From NCBI GenBank assembly GCA_963735805.1, contig CAVTMK010000004.1, forward strand, positions 32,001 through 96,000: a DNA stretch of 64,000 bases, given 5' to 3'. The DNA comes from an uncultured Verrucomicrobiae bacterium (GTDB lineage Bacteria > Verrucomicrobiota > Verrucomicrobiia > Chthoniobacterales > UBA10450). Both the position numbers and the translations under genes were made by a program. Shown here piece by piece: positions 1 through 9,894 of this stretch (position 1 is the stretch's first letter; the number at the start of each line of letters is the position of its first letter). A model generated the notes under the pieces. That model saw only the letters and a program-made list of their open reading frames with translations, was not told where the DNA came from and did no database searches.

Positions 1-5
1 CAAAA

Positions 6-893
6 TTATAATTTGGCGTAAACGCCCAACAAAGGACGGCGTGACGGCGTTTTTGAACGGAAATCGCTAACGAACCCGTCTCGGGTGCGGAGTTCAACGT
101 GGCCGACGCTGCGCGAAGTGCCATACACGAGCACGGAACCGACTGGTGCCGAGAACGGATCTGACACGGGAAGTCTCTTGAATCCGTAATTGCTGACGAG
201 CTCTGCTGCAGCATCTCTGGCGAGCTCGGTTTTCGGGCGGGAATCGATCACACCGGAGGCAAGCAATGCGTCCTTTACGTAATGCCAGCATCTCGAGCGC
301 GAATGGGCATGGGCGCGTTCCTGCGCGATGGTGGCAGCCTGCATCAATCTGCCGTCGATGTGCCGATCAATCTTGGCATATGGGTAAACGATCTGGTTGG
401 GATAATACTGCGTTATGACCGGAACGGATTCCTTTTTGCCCCCCGGGCTCTTGAAGCTAAACCGCGAATAGGGTTGTGTTGTATGGCTTACGGGTTGTTG
501 GCCCATCGGTCGGACTGGCTCTATCGCAAAAGTTCGCTCCGACTCTTTGGCGATTGCTTGCGACGGCTTTTTCGTCATCGCTTCCGTCGGTTCTTTGGCG
601 GCTGCATGCGTAGGCTCGTTGGCGACCACTTGTGCCGCCTCTTTGTTGACCGGCGATTTCGGCTTCCTTGAGTTCGCGGAGTTTCGCTTTTTCGTGATCG
701 CTTTTATCGGCTTCTCCGGAGTACTCGGTGCCGACTTCTGCGTGATCACCTGAACCATGTCGTCCGCTTTCTTTTGGTCGTGACTCGCGAGATCCAACGT
801 TGAAGGAGCCAACCCCTGCGCATCAAGAGCTGCGCCGGAAATGACAAGAAGCGATGCAGTTGCGAATGCCCAAAGGGCAGGTCGTTTCCCCAC
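6..893 (-). CDS. Secreted protein with C-terminal papain/CHAP-like (putative peptidoglycan amidase) domain
   Basis: N-terminal signal peptide, K/P/A-rich linker, C-terminal Cys (SRCWHYV) and His (GHVE) motifs spaced like NlpC/CHAP-fold enzymes. Confidence 0.55.
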   Translation of the reverse strand: MGKRPALWAFATASLLVISGAALDAQGLAPSTLDLASHDQKKADDMVQVITQKSAPSTPEKPIKAITKKRNSANSRKPKSPVNKEAAQVVANEPTHAAAKEPTEAMTKKPSQAIAKESERTFAIEPVRPMGQQPVSHTTQPYSRFSFKSPGGKKESVPVITQYYPNQIVYPYAKIDRHIDGRLMQAATIAQERAHAHSRSRCWHYVKDALLASGVIDSRPKTELARDAAAELVSNYGFKRLPVSDPFSAPVGSVLVYGTSRSVGHVELRTRDGFVSDFRSKTPSRRPLLGVYAKL

Positions 894-1035
894 GAAGGCG
901 AGGTTATGCCGGGAATCGTGCCGCTAGGCAAGCTTTTTTTTTGGTTTTTTAAGACGTTTCAAGAGCCAAAAAACAGGTCTGTCGGAAAGCAGCCAATATA
1001 TCTCTAGCGTCTCGCGCGCATGCCTTCTAGCAGAG

Positions 1036-2733
1036 CTAATCGTCGGGAAAATAATCCGGCCCGAATTGGGGTGGAGGAGCAAAGATTTGATCGCGCTGGA
1101 TAATAGTCCGGCGGTGCCTGCGTGGAACGAATTGATTTTCTCCCGAGTCGGGCGTGACGACCCTGGTGCGACCCGACGGCAAACGATAAATCAGCCTTCC
1201 ATCTGAGGTAATTCCAACCATTCGGACACGCACCGAACCCTGGCGAGGCGACGATGTCGAACCAACGCGTTTCTTTTTGGTGCGCGAACTCGACTGACCG
1301 GTTGTGGCCGGTTGTGCAGTCTCGGAGCTCTCTGGGGATGCCGCAGGCGCTTCGCCCTCAGCGGTGCCGTTTTCCGGAACCACGCCCGGAGAAGCGGCCG
1401 CCAAAGCGTTCGCCGTAGCGGCGGCCTCCGGTTGCCCGTTCGATACCTGAGACTGTTGTTGGTCCGGGGATGCGGTTTGAGAGGAATTCGGGACTGACCC
1501 GCTCTCGGGTGTGGGTTGGTTCGCTATCGCCAGCGCTGAATTTGCGGCTTGTGATAGCACAGTCGCAGGAGCAACTGGCGGCGAAGCATTTTGGATTGCT
1601 GCAGGGGTTGGTGAAGATTCGGGGACGCCAACTAGAACGCCAATCGACTTTGTCGCGTCAGGCCGGTGCAAGATTCCGCCAATCGACTCCGGAAACAGGA
1701 CAGCGGCAACCACCGCAGCAGCCAAGACGAGCGCGCCAAACGCCAGTGCCGTTCGCAGTAAACGCCGCGGTCGAGGCTGGGCCGGCCGTGGAATCGTTGT
1801 CCTGAGCGGGATGCCATATCGATCGGCCAGTGCGAACCGACGTTCAATCTTCAACAGGCAACTGCGAATCATCTCTCCAAGCACCACCAAATCCTTAGGA
1901 CGTCGATCGGGCTTGGGGTGCAGCATCAAAGAAAGCAAGTTGCGCAATGGTTTTGGAAATCCCGATAGCTTGGGAGGGTGCCGGACCGTCTCAACGGAAA
2001 GCGCGACGCCGGTCAGGAGAAAATACATTGTCGCGCCCAGGGAATAAATCTCCCAACGAACATCCTCCGTTCTCTCCTCTCCCATGGTCTTCCTGGATTC
2101 AGCGGTGAGAGACTTCACCGTGGAAAGCGGCGAATCATGTGATACTGCATCCTTTGACTCGGGTTCGCCCGGCCGGCTGGGAAGCGAGGCTTCGGCCTTC
2201 GGCGAGGTCTCGGGGTCTGTCCTCAGTCCGGTCACGCCGAAATTCGTTAACTTTATCAGTGGCCACCCGCCTTCGGGAGTCTGTCCCGGCACAACAAAGA
2301 TGTGGGAGAGGTCAATGGGCGGATACGGAAGCTTGTGGAAACTGGCGGAAGAGAACACGCTCACGATTTGTTCCGCCACGCGTAACGTGGCATCAGCCGC
2401 CATCGGACCGTGCTGAGCGACCCACGCAGCAAGCGTTTCGCCCAGCGGTCGCTCCGAGGCGTAAACATAATTTTCGCCTTCGCGTCCAAAGTCGAAAACC
2501 TTGGCAATATTCACGTGGCGCAGCCTCTGAACGGCGCGCGCCTGCTCTTCGAACCGCTCTCGGAGCGCAGGGTCGATGCTTTCCACCGGAACCAGCGTTA
2601 GGGCAACCGGTTCACGGGATCTTTCATCCACAGCCTCGTACGCAATTGCCTCGCCGTCTCGGCCGAGTTCGTTTGGCGTGGCATCAGAGCCTAGACAAAT
2701 GCGATAGTGTTCAAGGAAAATCGTGCGCGCCAT
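1036..2733 (-). CDS. Membrane-anchored Ser/Thr kinase-like protein, probably a pseudokinase
   Basis: Hanks-kinase scaffold (ELGR, LRHVNIAKVFDFG, IYSLGATMYFLLTG), one TM helix, P/A/S-rich tail; catalytic motifs degenerate. Confidence 0.75.
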   Translation of the reverse strand: MARTIFLEHYRICLGSDATPNELGRDGEAIAYEAVDERSREPVALTLVPVESIDPALRERFEEQARAVQRLRHVNIAKVFDFGREGENYVYASERPLGETLAAWVAQHGPMAADATLRVAEQIVSVFSSASFHKLPYPPIDLSHIFVVPGQTPEGGWPLIKLTNFGVTGLRTDPETSPKAEASLPSRPGEPESKDAVSHDSPLSTVKSLTAESRKTMGEERTEDVRWEIYSLGATMYFLLTGVALSVETVRHPPKLSGFPKPLRNLLSLMLHPKPDRRPKDLVVLGEMIRSCLLKIERRFALADRYGIPLRTTIPRPAQPRPRRLLRTALAFGALVLAAAVVAAVLFPESIGGILHRPDATKSIGVLVGVPESSPTPAAIQNASPPVAPATVLSQAANSALAIANQPTPESGSVPNSSQTASPDQQQSQVSNGQPEAAATANALAAASPGVVPENGTAEGEAPAASPESSETAQPATTGQSSSRTKKKRVGSTSSPRQGSVRVRMVGITSDGRLIYRLPSGRTRVVTPDSGENQFVPRRHRRTIIQRDQIFAPPPQFGPDYFPDD

Positions 2734-2900
2734 AACCGTGTCTCTTTGACCCCAGCAGCGAGAGAATCATACTCGTCCCGCCGCCCCGAGATTCAACCTC
2801 GATTTTGCCAGCGAGTTGCTCGGCACAATCCTGGTCACGCCTCGAATTTTGGACGTTGCGCTTAAATCGAAAATCGCGAATCTAAAATCCCATATCGGAA

Positions 2901-2974
2901 TACCCCGTGGTGTAACGGTAACACAGCGCCCTTTGGAGGCGTTATTCTTGGTTCGAATCCAAGCGGGGTAGCCA
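2901..2974 (+). tRNA. tRNA-Gln (anticodon TTG)
   Basis: Acceptor TACCCCG/CGGGGTA, anticodon arm GCGCC-CTTTGGA-GGCGT, T-arm CTTGG-TTCGAAT-CCAAG, encoded CCA. Confidence 0.97.
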
Positions 2975-3039
2975 CGTAAATCCGAAAGCCTTCGCGTTCG
3001 CAAATCCTTTAAATCAGCGTATATTTCGGGTTCTTCTTT

Positions 3040-3804
3040 ATGAAGGAACTCAATATAGAGAAACTCCACATTTCTGTGGGCGATCAGGAGATCGTGCGCG
3101 GGCTGAATCTTCGCGTCCCACGGGGCGAGGTGCACGCGCTCATGGGTCCAAATGGTTCAGGAAAAAGCACGCTGGCCAAGGTTCTGGCTGGTCACCCCGA
3201 TTACCATGTTACATCTGGCAAAATATTGATGGACGGCGAGGACGTTCTGGAACTTGAAGCGGACGAACGCGCCCGGCGCGGCCTTTTCCTGGCCTTCCAG
3301 TATCCAAGCGAGATTCCAGGCGTCACCATCGCCAATTTTCTTCGCGCGGCATTACAATCACGCCTGCCCGAAGGCGAAGAGCTTGAGGCAACCGATTACT
3401 ACGCGAGGCTTTACGAAAAAATGGAGTTGCTTGGGATGGACCGGTCGTTCACGTCGCGCGCGGTTAACGAGGGTTTTTCCGGCGGTGAAAAGAAGCGTAC
3501 CGAGATCCTGCAAATGGCTATGCTCGAGCCCAAATATGCAGTGCTCGATGAGACCGACAGTGGCCTGGATATCGACGCGCTCAAGACCGTAGCGCATGGG
3601 GTAAACTCATTGCGCGGGCCCGATCTTGGCATACTGTTAATTACGCACTATCAGCGCCTCCTGAACTACATCGTACCTGATCACGTCCATGTGATGGTAG
3701 CGGGGCGAATCGTTAGAAGCGGGCGGAAAGAACTCGCTCTCGAGCTCGAAGAGAGAGGTTACGATTGGGCGCGCGACGGTGCGACTGAGCCAGCATACAG
3801 ATAA
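3040..3804 (+). CDS. sufC: Fe-S cluster assembly ATPase SufC
   Basis: GPNGSGKST Walker [12 protein letters not shown] signature, [13 protein letters not shown]; upstream of sufB. Confidence 0.97.
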   Translation: MKELNIEKLHISVGDQEIVRGLNLRVPRGEVHALMGPNGSGKSTLAKVLAGHPDYHVTSGKILMDGEDVLELEADERARRGLFLAFQYPSEIPGVTIANFLRAALQSRLPEGEELEATDYYARLYEKMELLGMDRSFTSRAVNEGFSGGEKKRTEILQMAMLEPKYAVLDETDSGLDIDALKTVAHGVNSLRGPDLGILLITHYQRLLNYIVPDHVHVMVAGRIVRSGRKELALELEERGYDWARDGATEPAYR

Positions 3805-3822
3805 ATAGGGGGTAAATTCACA

Positions 3823-5232
3823 ATGAAAACAGAGTCTTCTGCAGTCGATATTAATCGCAACATCGGGGATTTCTCGTATCCGGAAGCTCACGTGCGCGAT
3901 GCCGGCGCCGGCCTGAGCGAACGCACCGTTCATTACATTTCAGACGTCAAAGAAGACCCGGATTGGGTGCGTGAGTTTCGCCTAAGGGGGCTCAAGACAT
4001 TTTTGGAAAAGCCACTCCCGACACATTGGGCTAGCAAGGATCTCGAAGCGATCGACTTCGACAAAATTCGCTATTACCTATCCCCTGGGACTGAGGCCAA
4101 GCGCAGTTGGGATGAAGTGCCGGACGACATCAAGCGCACATTCGAGCGTCTTGGCATTCCCGAGCAGGAACGAAAATTTCTCGCCGGCGTGGAAGCGCAG
4201 TTCGACAGCGAAGCCGTCTATTCAAATATCAAGAAGGCGGTCGGCGAACAAGGTGTGATTTTCGTCGGATCGACAGAAGGACTAAAGGACTATCCGGAAA
4301 TTTTCCGGAAATGGTTCGGCAAAGTCATTCCGATCGCCGACAACAAATTTAGCGCGCTGAACTCCGCTGTGTTTAGCGGCGGGTCGTTTATTTACGTACC
4401 ACCCGGCGTGAAAGTGAAGCATCCGCTGCAGGCGTACTTCCGCATCAATGCTGAAAATTTTGGCCAGTTCGAGCGCACACTCATCATCGCTGATGAAGGC
4501 TCGGAGGTGACCTACATGGAGGGCTGCACGGCGCCGAAGTTTAATACTCCCACATTGCATAGCGCCGTCGTCGAATTGGTTGCGCTAAAGGGAGCGAAAA
4601 TTCAGTACATCACCGTCCAGAACTGGGCGTCGAATGTGTTCAATCTTGTCACCAAACGTGGTCTTGCTCACGAAAACGCAGAGGTGAAATGGATCGATTG
4701 TAATATCGGTTCGCGGCTCACCATGAAATATCCCGGCGTGATTATGAAGGGTCGCAAGGCGCGCGGCGAAGTACTTTCCATCGCGCTCGCCAATGACGGG
4801 CAGCATCAGGATACGGGCGCGAAGATGATCCACGCGGCAGACGAAACAACCAGCAACATCATTTCCAAATCCATTTCTATCGGAAAAGGCCGGGCCACGT
4901 ACCGCGGATTGGTTCATGTGCCGAAGCATCTGAAGAATTGCAAAAACAACACCGAGTGCGACGCCCTGCTCATCAACGCGACTTCGCGCACAGACACGTA
5001 TCCCGCGATCACTGTGCGCGGGACGGGTAACGCTGTTCAACACGAAGCCAGCGTCAGCCAGGTGAGCACAGAGCAGATCTTCTACATGCAACAGCGCGGC
5101 CTGACCGAAGCGCAGGCGATGAGCTTGAGCGTCAACGGTTTCGTCAACGATCTCGTCCGCCAATTCCCGATGGAATATAGCGTTGAGCTCAAGCGGCTAA
5201 TCGAGCTGGAGATGGAAGGCTCGGTCGGTTGA
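3823..5232 (+). CDS. sufB: Fe-S cluster assembly protein SufB
   Basis: [24 protein letters not shown], terminal LEMEGSVG. Confidence 0.97.
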   Translation: MKTESSAVDINRNIGDFSYPEAHVRDAGAGLSERTVHYISDVKEDPDWVREFRLRGLKTFLEKPLPTHWASKDLEAIDFDKIRYYLSPGTEAKRSWDEVPDDIKRTFERLGIPEQERKFLAGVEAQFDSEAVYSNIKKAVGEQGVIFVGSTEGLKDYPEIFRKWFGKVIPIADNKFSALNSAVFSGGSFIYVPPGVKVKHPLQAYFRINAENFGQFERTLIIADEGSEVTYMEGCTAPKFNTPTLHSAVVELVALKGAKIQYITVQNWASNVFNLVTKRGLAHENAEVKWIDCNIGSRLTMKYPGVIMKGRKARGEVLSIALANDGQHQDTGAKMIHAADETTSNIISKSISIGKGRATYRGLVHVPKHLKNCKNNTECDALLINATSRTDTYPAITVRGTGNAVQHEASVSQVSTEQIFYMQQRGLTEAQAMSLSVNGFVNDLVRQFPMEYSVELKRLIELEMEGSVG

Positions 5233-5296
5233 TCCCGTACCCGCGCAGGTGAGCGTAATCATAGGACGCATGAGCCCTGGGTGTCCTATTTATTAA

Positions 5297-6628
5297 ATGA
5301 CCAAGAACGAAACAGCGACAATCGAGAACCAAGCCGCGCCGATTCTTTCCGGCCCAGGTGAGGTACGCGAATTCCCCGATTGGTTCGGTGATCAACGGCG
5401 CGCCGCTTGGAATCAATTTGAGTCATTGCCCCAGCCGACACGAAAAGATCAGGCGTGGCGATTCGCCAATGTCGGTCTTCTCGATCTAAGTCCGTTCAAA
5501 TACGGTGGTCCATTAACTGACAACGAGCGCGCGGCTATTCTCGAGCAATCGAGCGGACTCGAAAACGTAGCTGGGCGTATGATTTTCGCTGGTGACGAGC
5601 TTCTTGAGCGTGACGTGGTTTCGGATCAGCTGAAAAAGCGCGGCGTCATTTTCCAACCGCTTGAGCGGGCAATGATTGAGCACGCGGACTTGTTCCGCAG
5701 ACATTTCATGTCGCAGCCGGCAAAGCTTGGATCTGCCAAGTTCGCGGCGCTGCACCAAGCTTTAGTTTCGTCAGGGACGTTCCTTTACGTGCCTCGAGGG
5801 CTCGAGATTGAGTTGCCAATAGAGATTTTTCATTGGCTAACTGGTGAAAATACCTCGGCGTTCCCGCATTTACTACTGGTGACCGACGAGTTAGCTAAAG
5901 TTACCGTGATCGAACACTTCCGCTCCGTGAATGAACACGCGTCGGGTTTTGCGTGCGGAGTAAACGATCTCGTCGCCGGCCCCGGCGCGAAGGTCACGTA
6001 CGTGTGCGCGCAAAATTGGGCGGACAATGTCATCGCACTACAAATGAACTCGACCACGGTCGATCATGATGCTTCGGCTGTGAGCCTGAATTTGCATCTC
6101 GGTTCGCGATACTCGCGCTTCGAAAGCTTAAGCCGACTCATCGGCGAAGGCGGCCGCAGCGATCTGCTCGCTGTGGCGGTTGCCAAACATCAGCAGGAAT
6201 TCGATGCGCGCACATTGCAGGACCATGTCTCGCCGCATACGGCGAGTGATCTCCTTTACAAAAACGCCCTAGACGATCGCGCCCGCACCATCTTCGGTGG
6301 ATTGATCCGAGTGGAGCCGCACGCTCATTTCACCGATGCATATCAAAAAGTTCGCAATCTTCTGCTAAGCGATGACGCGGAAGCCAACTCAATGCCCGGC
6401 CTCGAAATTCTCGCCGACAACGTCCGTTGCACCCATGGAGCCACCTCCGGTCAGATCGACGAGGATGAGCTCTTCTATCTTCGCACGCGCGGTATCCCTG
6501 TGCCGGTGGCCCAGCGCCTCATTGTGACTGGCTTTCTGGATGAAGTCGTTCAGCGTCTCGATCATCCAGCGATAGCCGGGCATTTGCATCGAATGATCGA
6601 AGAGAAATTTGCGAAAAATCGCGATTGA
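5297..6628 (+). CDS. sufD: Fe-S cluster assembly protein SufD
   Basis: PGLEILADNVRCTHGATSG, LFYLRTRGI; follows sufB. Confidence 0.93.
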   Translation: MTKNETATIENQAAPILSGPGEVREFPDWFGDQRRAAWNQFESLPQPTRKDQAWRFANVGLLDLSPFKYGGPLTDNERAAILEQSSGLENVAGRMIFAGDELLERDVVSDQLKKRGVIFQPLERAMIEHADLFRRHFMSQPAKLGSAKFAALHQALVSSGTFLYVPRGLEIELPIEIFHWLTGENTSAFPHLLLVTDELAKVTVIEHFRSVNEHASGFACGVNDLVAGPGAKVTYVCAQNWADNVIALQMNSTTVDHDASAVSLNLHLGSRYSRFESLSRLIGEGGRSDLLAVAVAKHQQEFDARTLQDHVSPHTASDLLYKNALDDRARTIFGGLIRVEPHAHFTDAYQKVRNLLLSDDAEANSMPGLEILADNVRCTHGATSGQIDEDELFYLRTRGIPVPVAQRLIVTGFLDEVVQRLDHPAIAGHLHRMIEEKFAKNRD

Positions 6629-6677
6629 ATCGCGGATCTCTGTCCCGCGAAAGCGGCATGCAAAGTAAGAATATTTG

Positions 6678-7583
6678 TTATCTCACCGTTTCACGGTTTG
6701 TATTCAGCTCGAAATTAATTTTTACGTCGTAGTGATCTCCCTTAATGAGTCCGCTCGGTGGGGAATCAACTTCAGTCACTCGTTTCGCAATTGCCGCGAC
6801 TGACTCGTTTACCACGACATTTTCGGAAGGCTTGATGATTTCAAACCTGGAGACCTGACCATTTTTGTCGATTCGAACTCTTACAAGCGTCGAAATCCTG
6901 ATGCCCGAAGCGACTGTAGTCGTCGGCTGGATCCATGCACTGTAGAAACGATCGTGCAGCATGTTGCCGTACCATCCAAATTCCGATGCGTTACTTCCGC
7001 TGCCTCCACTGGCACCCTTACCCATCGAACCTGTTTTCCCACTGCCGCTGACGGATGACGATTTAGTGTTCGCGCTAACGGTTTTCTGACTCTTCTTTTT
7101 CTCATTACTCGCGGCGGTTTGCTCTTCCTTGGGTTTTGGCAGACTCGACTTGGGGCGCGCCGATGATTTCAACGTTTTCGCTGGCACGGTTTTCCTCATC
7201 ACCTTCGGAGGTGGCTGCGGCTTTGTTGCGGGAGTCGCTGCTGGTTTTGGTGTGGGTTGCGGTGTCGCCAAATCGATTTCGCTTTTTGCTTGAGTTAAAG
7301 ACGCCCGCTCTTTTTCCGCCTCCTCCGGCTTCAATTGTTCTGGCTCAATAGAGGGAGCCGAAATCTTTGCTGATGACGAGGTACCCTCTGACTTTTCGGC
7401 AAGCAGATCCTCCGCTCCGCTCAACCAAACCAAATTTTGCGCATCGGGCGCGCTTCGCGCTTCCGAGCTCCAGCGAATCAACCCTGCGATCAGCGCGACA
7501 TGCGCGAGGGCGATTAGCGTGACGTTTCGCCAAAAACGCCCGCTGGCCACGCCGTACTTACGCGAAGGCGGGTTCGTAGACAT
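6678..7583 (-). CDS. TonB/TolA-like energy transducer
   Basis: N-terminal TM with His (LAHVAL), P/K-rich linker, TonB_C-like domain; downstream of exbD/exbB-like genes. Confidence 0.8.
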   Translation of the reverse strand: MSTNPPSRKYGVASGRFWRNVTLIALAHVALIAGLIRWSSEARSAPDAQNLVWLSGAEDLLAEKSEGTSSSAKISAPSIEPEQLKPEEAEKERASLTQAKSEIDLATPQPTPKPAATPATKPQPPPKVMRKTVPAKTLKSSARPKSSLPKPKEEQTAASNEKKKSQKTVSANTKSSSVSGSGKTGSMGKGASGGSGSNASEFGWYGNMLHDRFYSAWIQPTTTVASGIRISTLVRVRIDKNGQVSRFEIIKPSENVVVNESVAAIAKRVTEVDSPPSGLIKGDHYDVKINFELNTNRETVR

Positions 7584-8000
7584 CTACTTCGGCTCTGCTT
7601 TGGTGGCGATGCCGACCTTGGTAATTTGGGCCTCCTTTAGTGCATCCATCAGCACAATCAATTTTTGCACGGGCAAATCGCGATCGGGCCGAATCACGAC
7701 GGCTATGTCTGGATTTGTCTGTTTCAATTCCGTCAGTTGCGCGGTGAGCGCTTTCAAATCGATTGCCTGATTGTTAAATCGAATCGTGTCACTGCGGTCG
7801 ATGGAGACGATTTGCACTTGTGCTGACTTGATCGGCGGATTTGTCGCGCGGCTGGATGGGATCACCAGGTTCATACTGCTTTCCAGCAGCGGCGTGGTGA
7901 TCATGAAAATGATGAGAAGGACGAACGCCAGATCGAGCAGCGGCGTTATATTAATCTCGCTCAGCGTGGAAAGGCCCTGGCGTTGTGAGTAGCGTCTCAT
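7584..8000 (-). CDS. exbD: ExbD/TolR family protein
   Basis: EINITPLLDLAFVLLIIFMIT motif. Confidence 0.92.
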   Translation of the reverse strand: MRRYSQRQGLSTLSEINITPLLDLAFVLLIIFMITTPLLESSMNLVIPSSRATNPPIKSAQVQIVSIDRSDTIRFNNQAIDLKALTAQLTELKQTNPDIAVVIRPDRDLPVQKLIVLMDALKEAQITKVGIATKAEPK

Positions 8001-8755
8001 CGGCGAAATGTCGATTCACGCGAACTGTGATCGACGTATTTGTGCTCGAATTCAGAAGCGAGTTCAGCCGCAAAATTATCCATCTCCACGATGATCCCGC
8101 GAATGCTGGTAACGAGAAAGTTGTATCCGAACATCGCGGGAATGGCGACGCAGAGCGCGGTGACCGTGGTAATGAGCGCACCTGAAACGCCGGGCGCCAT
8201 GGAGACGAGGTTCGGCGACCCGGCTTCGGCCACGCCGGTGAATGCATCCATTACGCCCCATACCGTGCCGAGCAAGCCGAGAAAGGGCGAACCGCTTACC
8301 GCAGTGGCCAGCAAGATCATCTGCGACTCGAGCGAAAGCGCTGTTTCGCCCACGGCTCGTTCCATCGCCGCGTTCACGGCGCCCATTTGTGCTGGCGAAA
8401 TCTTATCAGCGATCTCGAGCCGCGCGCGAAACGTGTCGTCCACCTCTGAAGAACCAAGCAAATGAAATGTCATTTCCTCGCAACCGGCTCGATATACGTT
8501 GAACACGGGCGATCCCGGAAAGCGCGCGTTCTTTTCAAGCAGACGCAGCGGTTGTCGATCCTGTCGAAATGCCGCGAGAAAACGCGCGTTCTGTTTTCGC
8601 GCAAAGCGGATTACACGCAATTTTGTGATCATGATTGACCAGCTGAAAATGGAGGCAACGGCAAGCAGAGTGAGAACGAGCTTGCCTGCGATCGTCGCGT
8701 GATCGAACGCAAAAAGGAGACCCCCGCCGGTTGCTAGCAGTGTCGCAAAGAGCAT
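7997..8755 (-). CDS. exbB: MotA/TolQ/ExbB proton channel protein
   Basis: SPFLGLLGTVWGVMDAF and APGVSGALITT motifs. Confidence 0.92.
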   Translation of the reverse strand: MLFATLLATGGGLLFAFDHATIAGKLVLTLLAVASIFSWSIMITKLRVIRFARKQNARFLAAFRQDRQPLRLLEKNARFPGSPVFNVYRAGCEEMTFHLLGSSEVDDTFRARLEIADKISPAQMGAVNAAMERAVGETALSLESQMILLATAVSGSPFLGLLGTVWGVMDAFTGVAEAGSPNLVSMAPGVSGALITTVTALCVAIPAMFGYNFLVTSIRGIIVEMDNFAAELASEFEHKYVDHSSRESTFRR

Positions 8756-8799
8756 TTCCGCGTCACCGGCATAAGTAATAACGCCGTTTTAAAGAAACG

Positions 8800-9738
8800 C
8801 TACTTGTCATTTCGACCTATCGGAAACGTGGGTCGCATTTTTGCCACGGCAATAAACCCAAGACCAATCGCAATGAGGAAAAATGAAAAGAACTGTCCGC
8901 GTGTAAAAGCACCGATCAATGTTGCATCCGGTTCACGGAAATATTCAATTACGATCCGAAAAATCGCGTAACAGACGAAAAATAGTCCCGTCAAAACGCC
9001 GTTGGGCTCACGTCTGCGCGTCCGTACGAACCACAAAATTGTAAACAGGACAATGCCTTCAAAAAAGGCCTCGTAAAGTTGTGACGGATGACGCGGCAAA
9101 AGGATTGAGCGCAATGCGGTAGCCACTTGTGGCTGGCTGCGAACGGCATTTACAATTGCCTCGGGTGTGGTGAGCGACGGATCGATTCGGGCGCACGCCG
9201 CCACTGCACGTTCGGCTTCCTGGGGGTGATCGAAAAGTTCCTTGGGGAATTGCATCGCCCAGGGGATCTTTGTCATCCGCCCGTAAAGCTCACCGTTAAT
9301 GAAATTGGCGCAGCGCCCGAAGAACAAACCGATCGGCGCGGTGACAACCAAATTGTCACCCAGATTTGTCCACGAGATTTTGTGGCGGTGCGCGTAGTAC
9401 AAAGTGAAAAGCAAGAGGCCAAGCATTCCGCCATGGCTGGACATGCCGCCTTCCCAGACGCGCAAGATCGACAGCGGCTCCCGCAGCATTTCGGGCTTAT
9501 AAAAGAAAACGTATCCCAGACGTCCACCGATGATCACGCCGAACAACGCACAGCCGGTGATGAAATCGCCCACTCGTTGGGGCGACAGATCAGCAAACCC
9601 GCGTTTAGCCAGCCAAAGGAGAAGGAGATAACTGGCGATAAATGCGAGGACGTAAGCCAGGCCATACCAGCGAGGGCCAACATTGTCGTAAAACCGGAAA
9701 ATTATTGGATCGAGATTGTGCAGGTAATACGCGAACAT
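8800..9738 (-). CDS. lgt: Prolipoprotein diacylglyceryl transferase
   Basis: RWYGLAY, GGRLGYV, GGMSSHGG, GRCANFINGELYGR, RHPSQLYE; start taken at ATG 9738 (MFAYY). Confidence 0.96.
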   Translation of the reverse strand: MFAYYLHNLDPIIFRFYDNVGPRWYGLAYVLAFIASYLLLLWLAKRGFADLSPQRVGDFITGCALFGVIIGGRLGYVFFYKPEMLREPLSILRVWEGGMSSHGGMLGLLLFTLYYAHRHKISWTNLGDNLVVTAPIGLFFGRCANFINGELYGRMTKIPWAMQFPKELFDHPQEAERAVAACARIDPSLTTPEAIVNAVRSQPQVATALRSILLPRHPSQLYEAFFEGIVLFTILWFVRTRRREPNGVLTGLFFVCYAIFRIVIEYFREPDATLIGAFTRGQFFSFFLIAIGLGFIAVAKMRPTFPIGRNDK

Positions 9739-9894
9739 TGGTTCGCCGACTGTTACCGATGTCCGCGATACCCGCAATCAAAACACCGCTCATCCCGAAC
9801 GAAAGTGAAGTACCTCCGAGATCGCACAACGGCCGTACAAGCGATAGTTCCACGATCGATCAGCAAGTGTGAGATGCTTGGCCCTTTGCGTGGA

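Noticed and set aside
932..974. T-rich inverted repeat as a terminator
   Set aside because: The stem is weak and AT/GU-rich and its direction is ambiguous; not supportable.
2901..3040. tRNA-Gln as an island integration site
   Set aside because: It is flanked by housekeeping genes, with no integrase and no duplicated tRNA 3' end seen.
3040..6628. sufCBD without sufS/sufE
   Set aside because: Split suf loci are common; the remaining genes may lie elsewhere in the genome.
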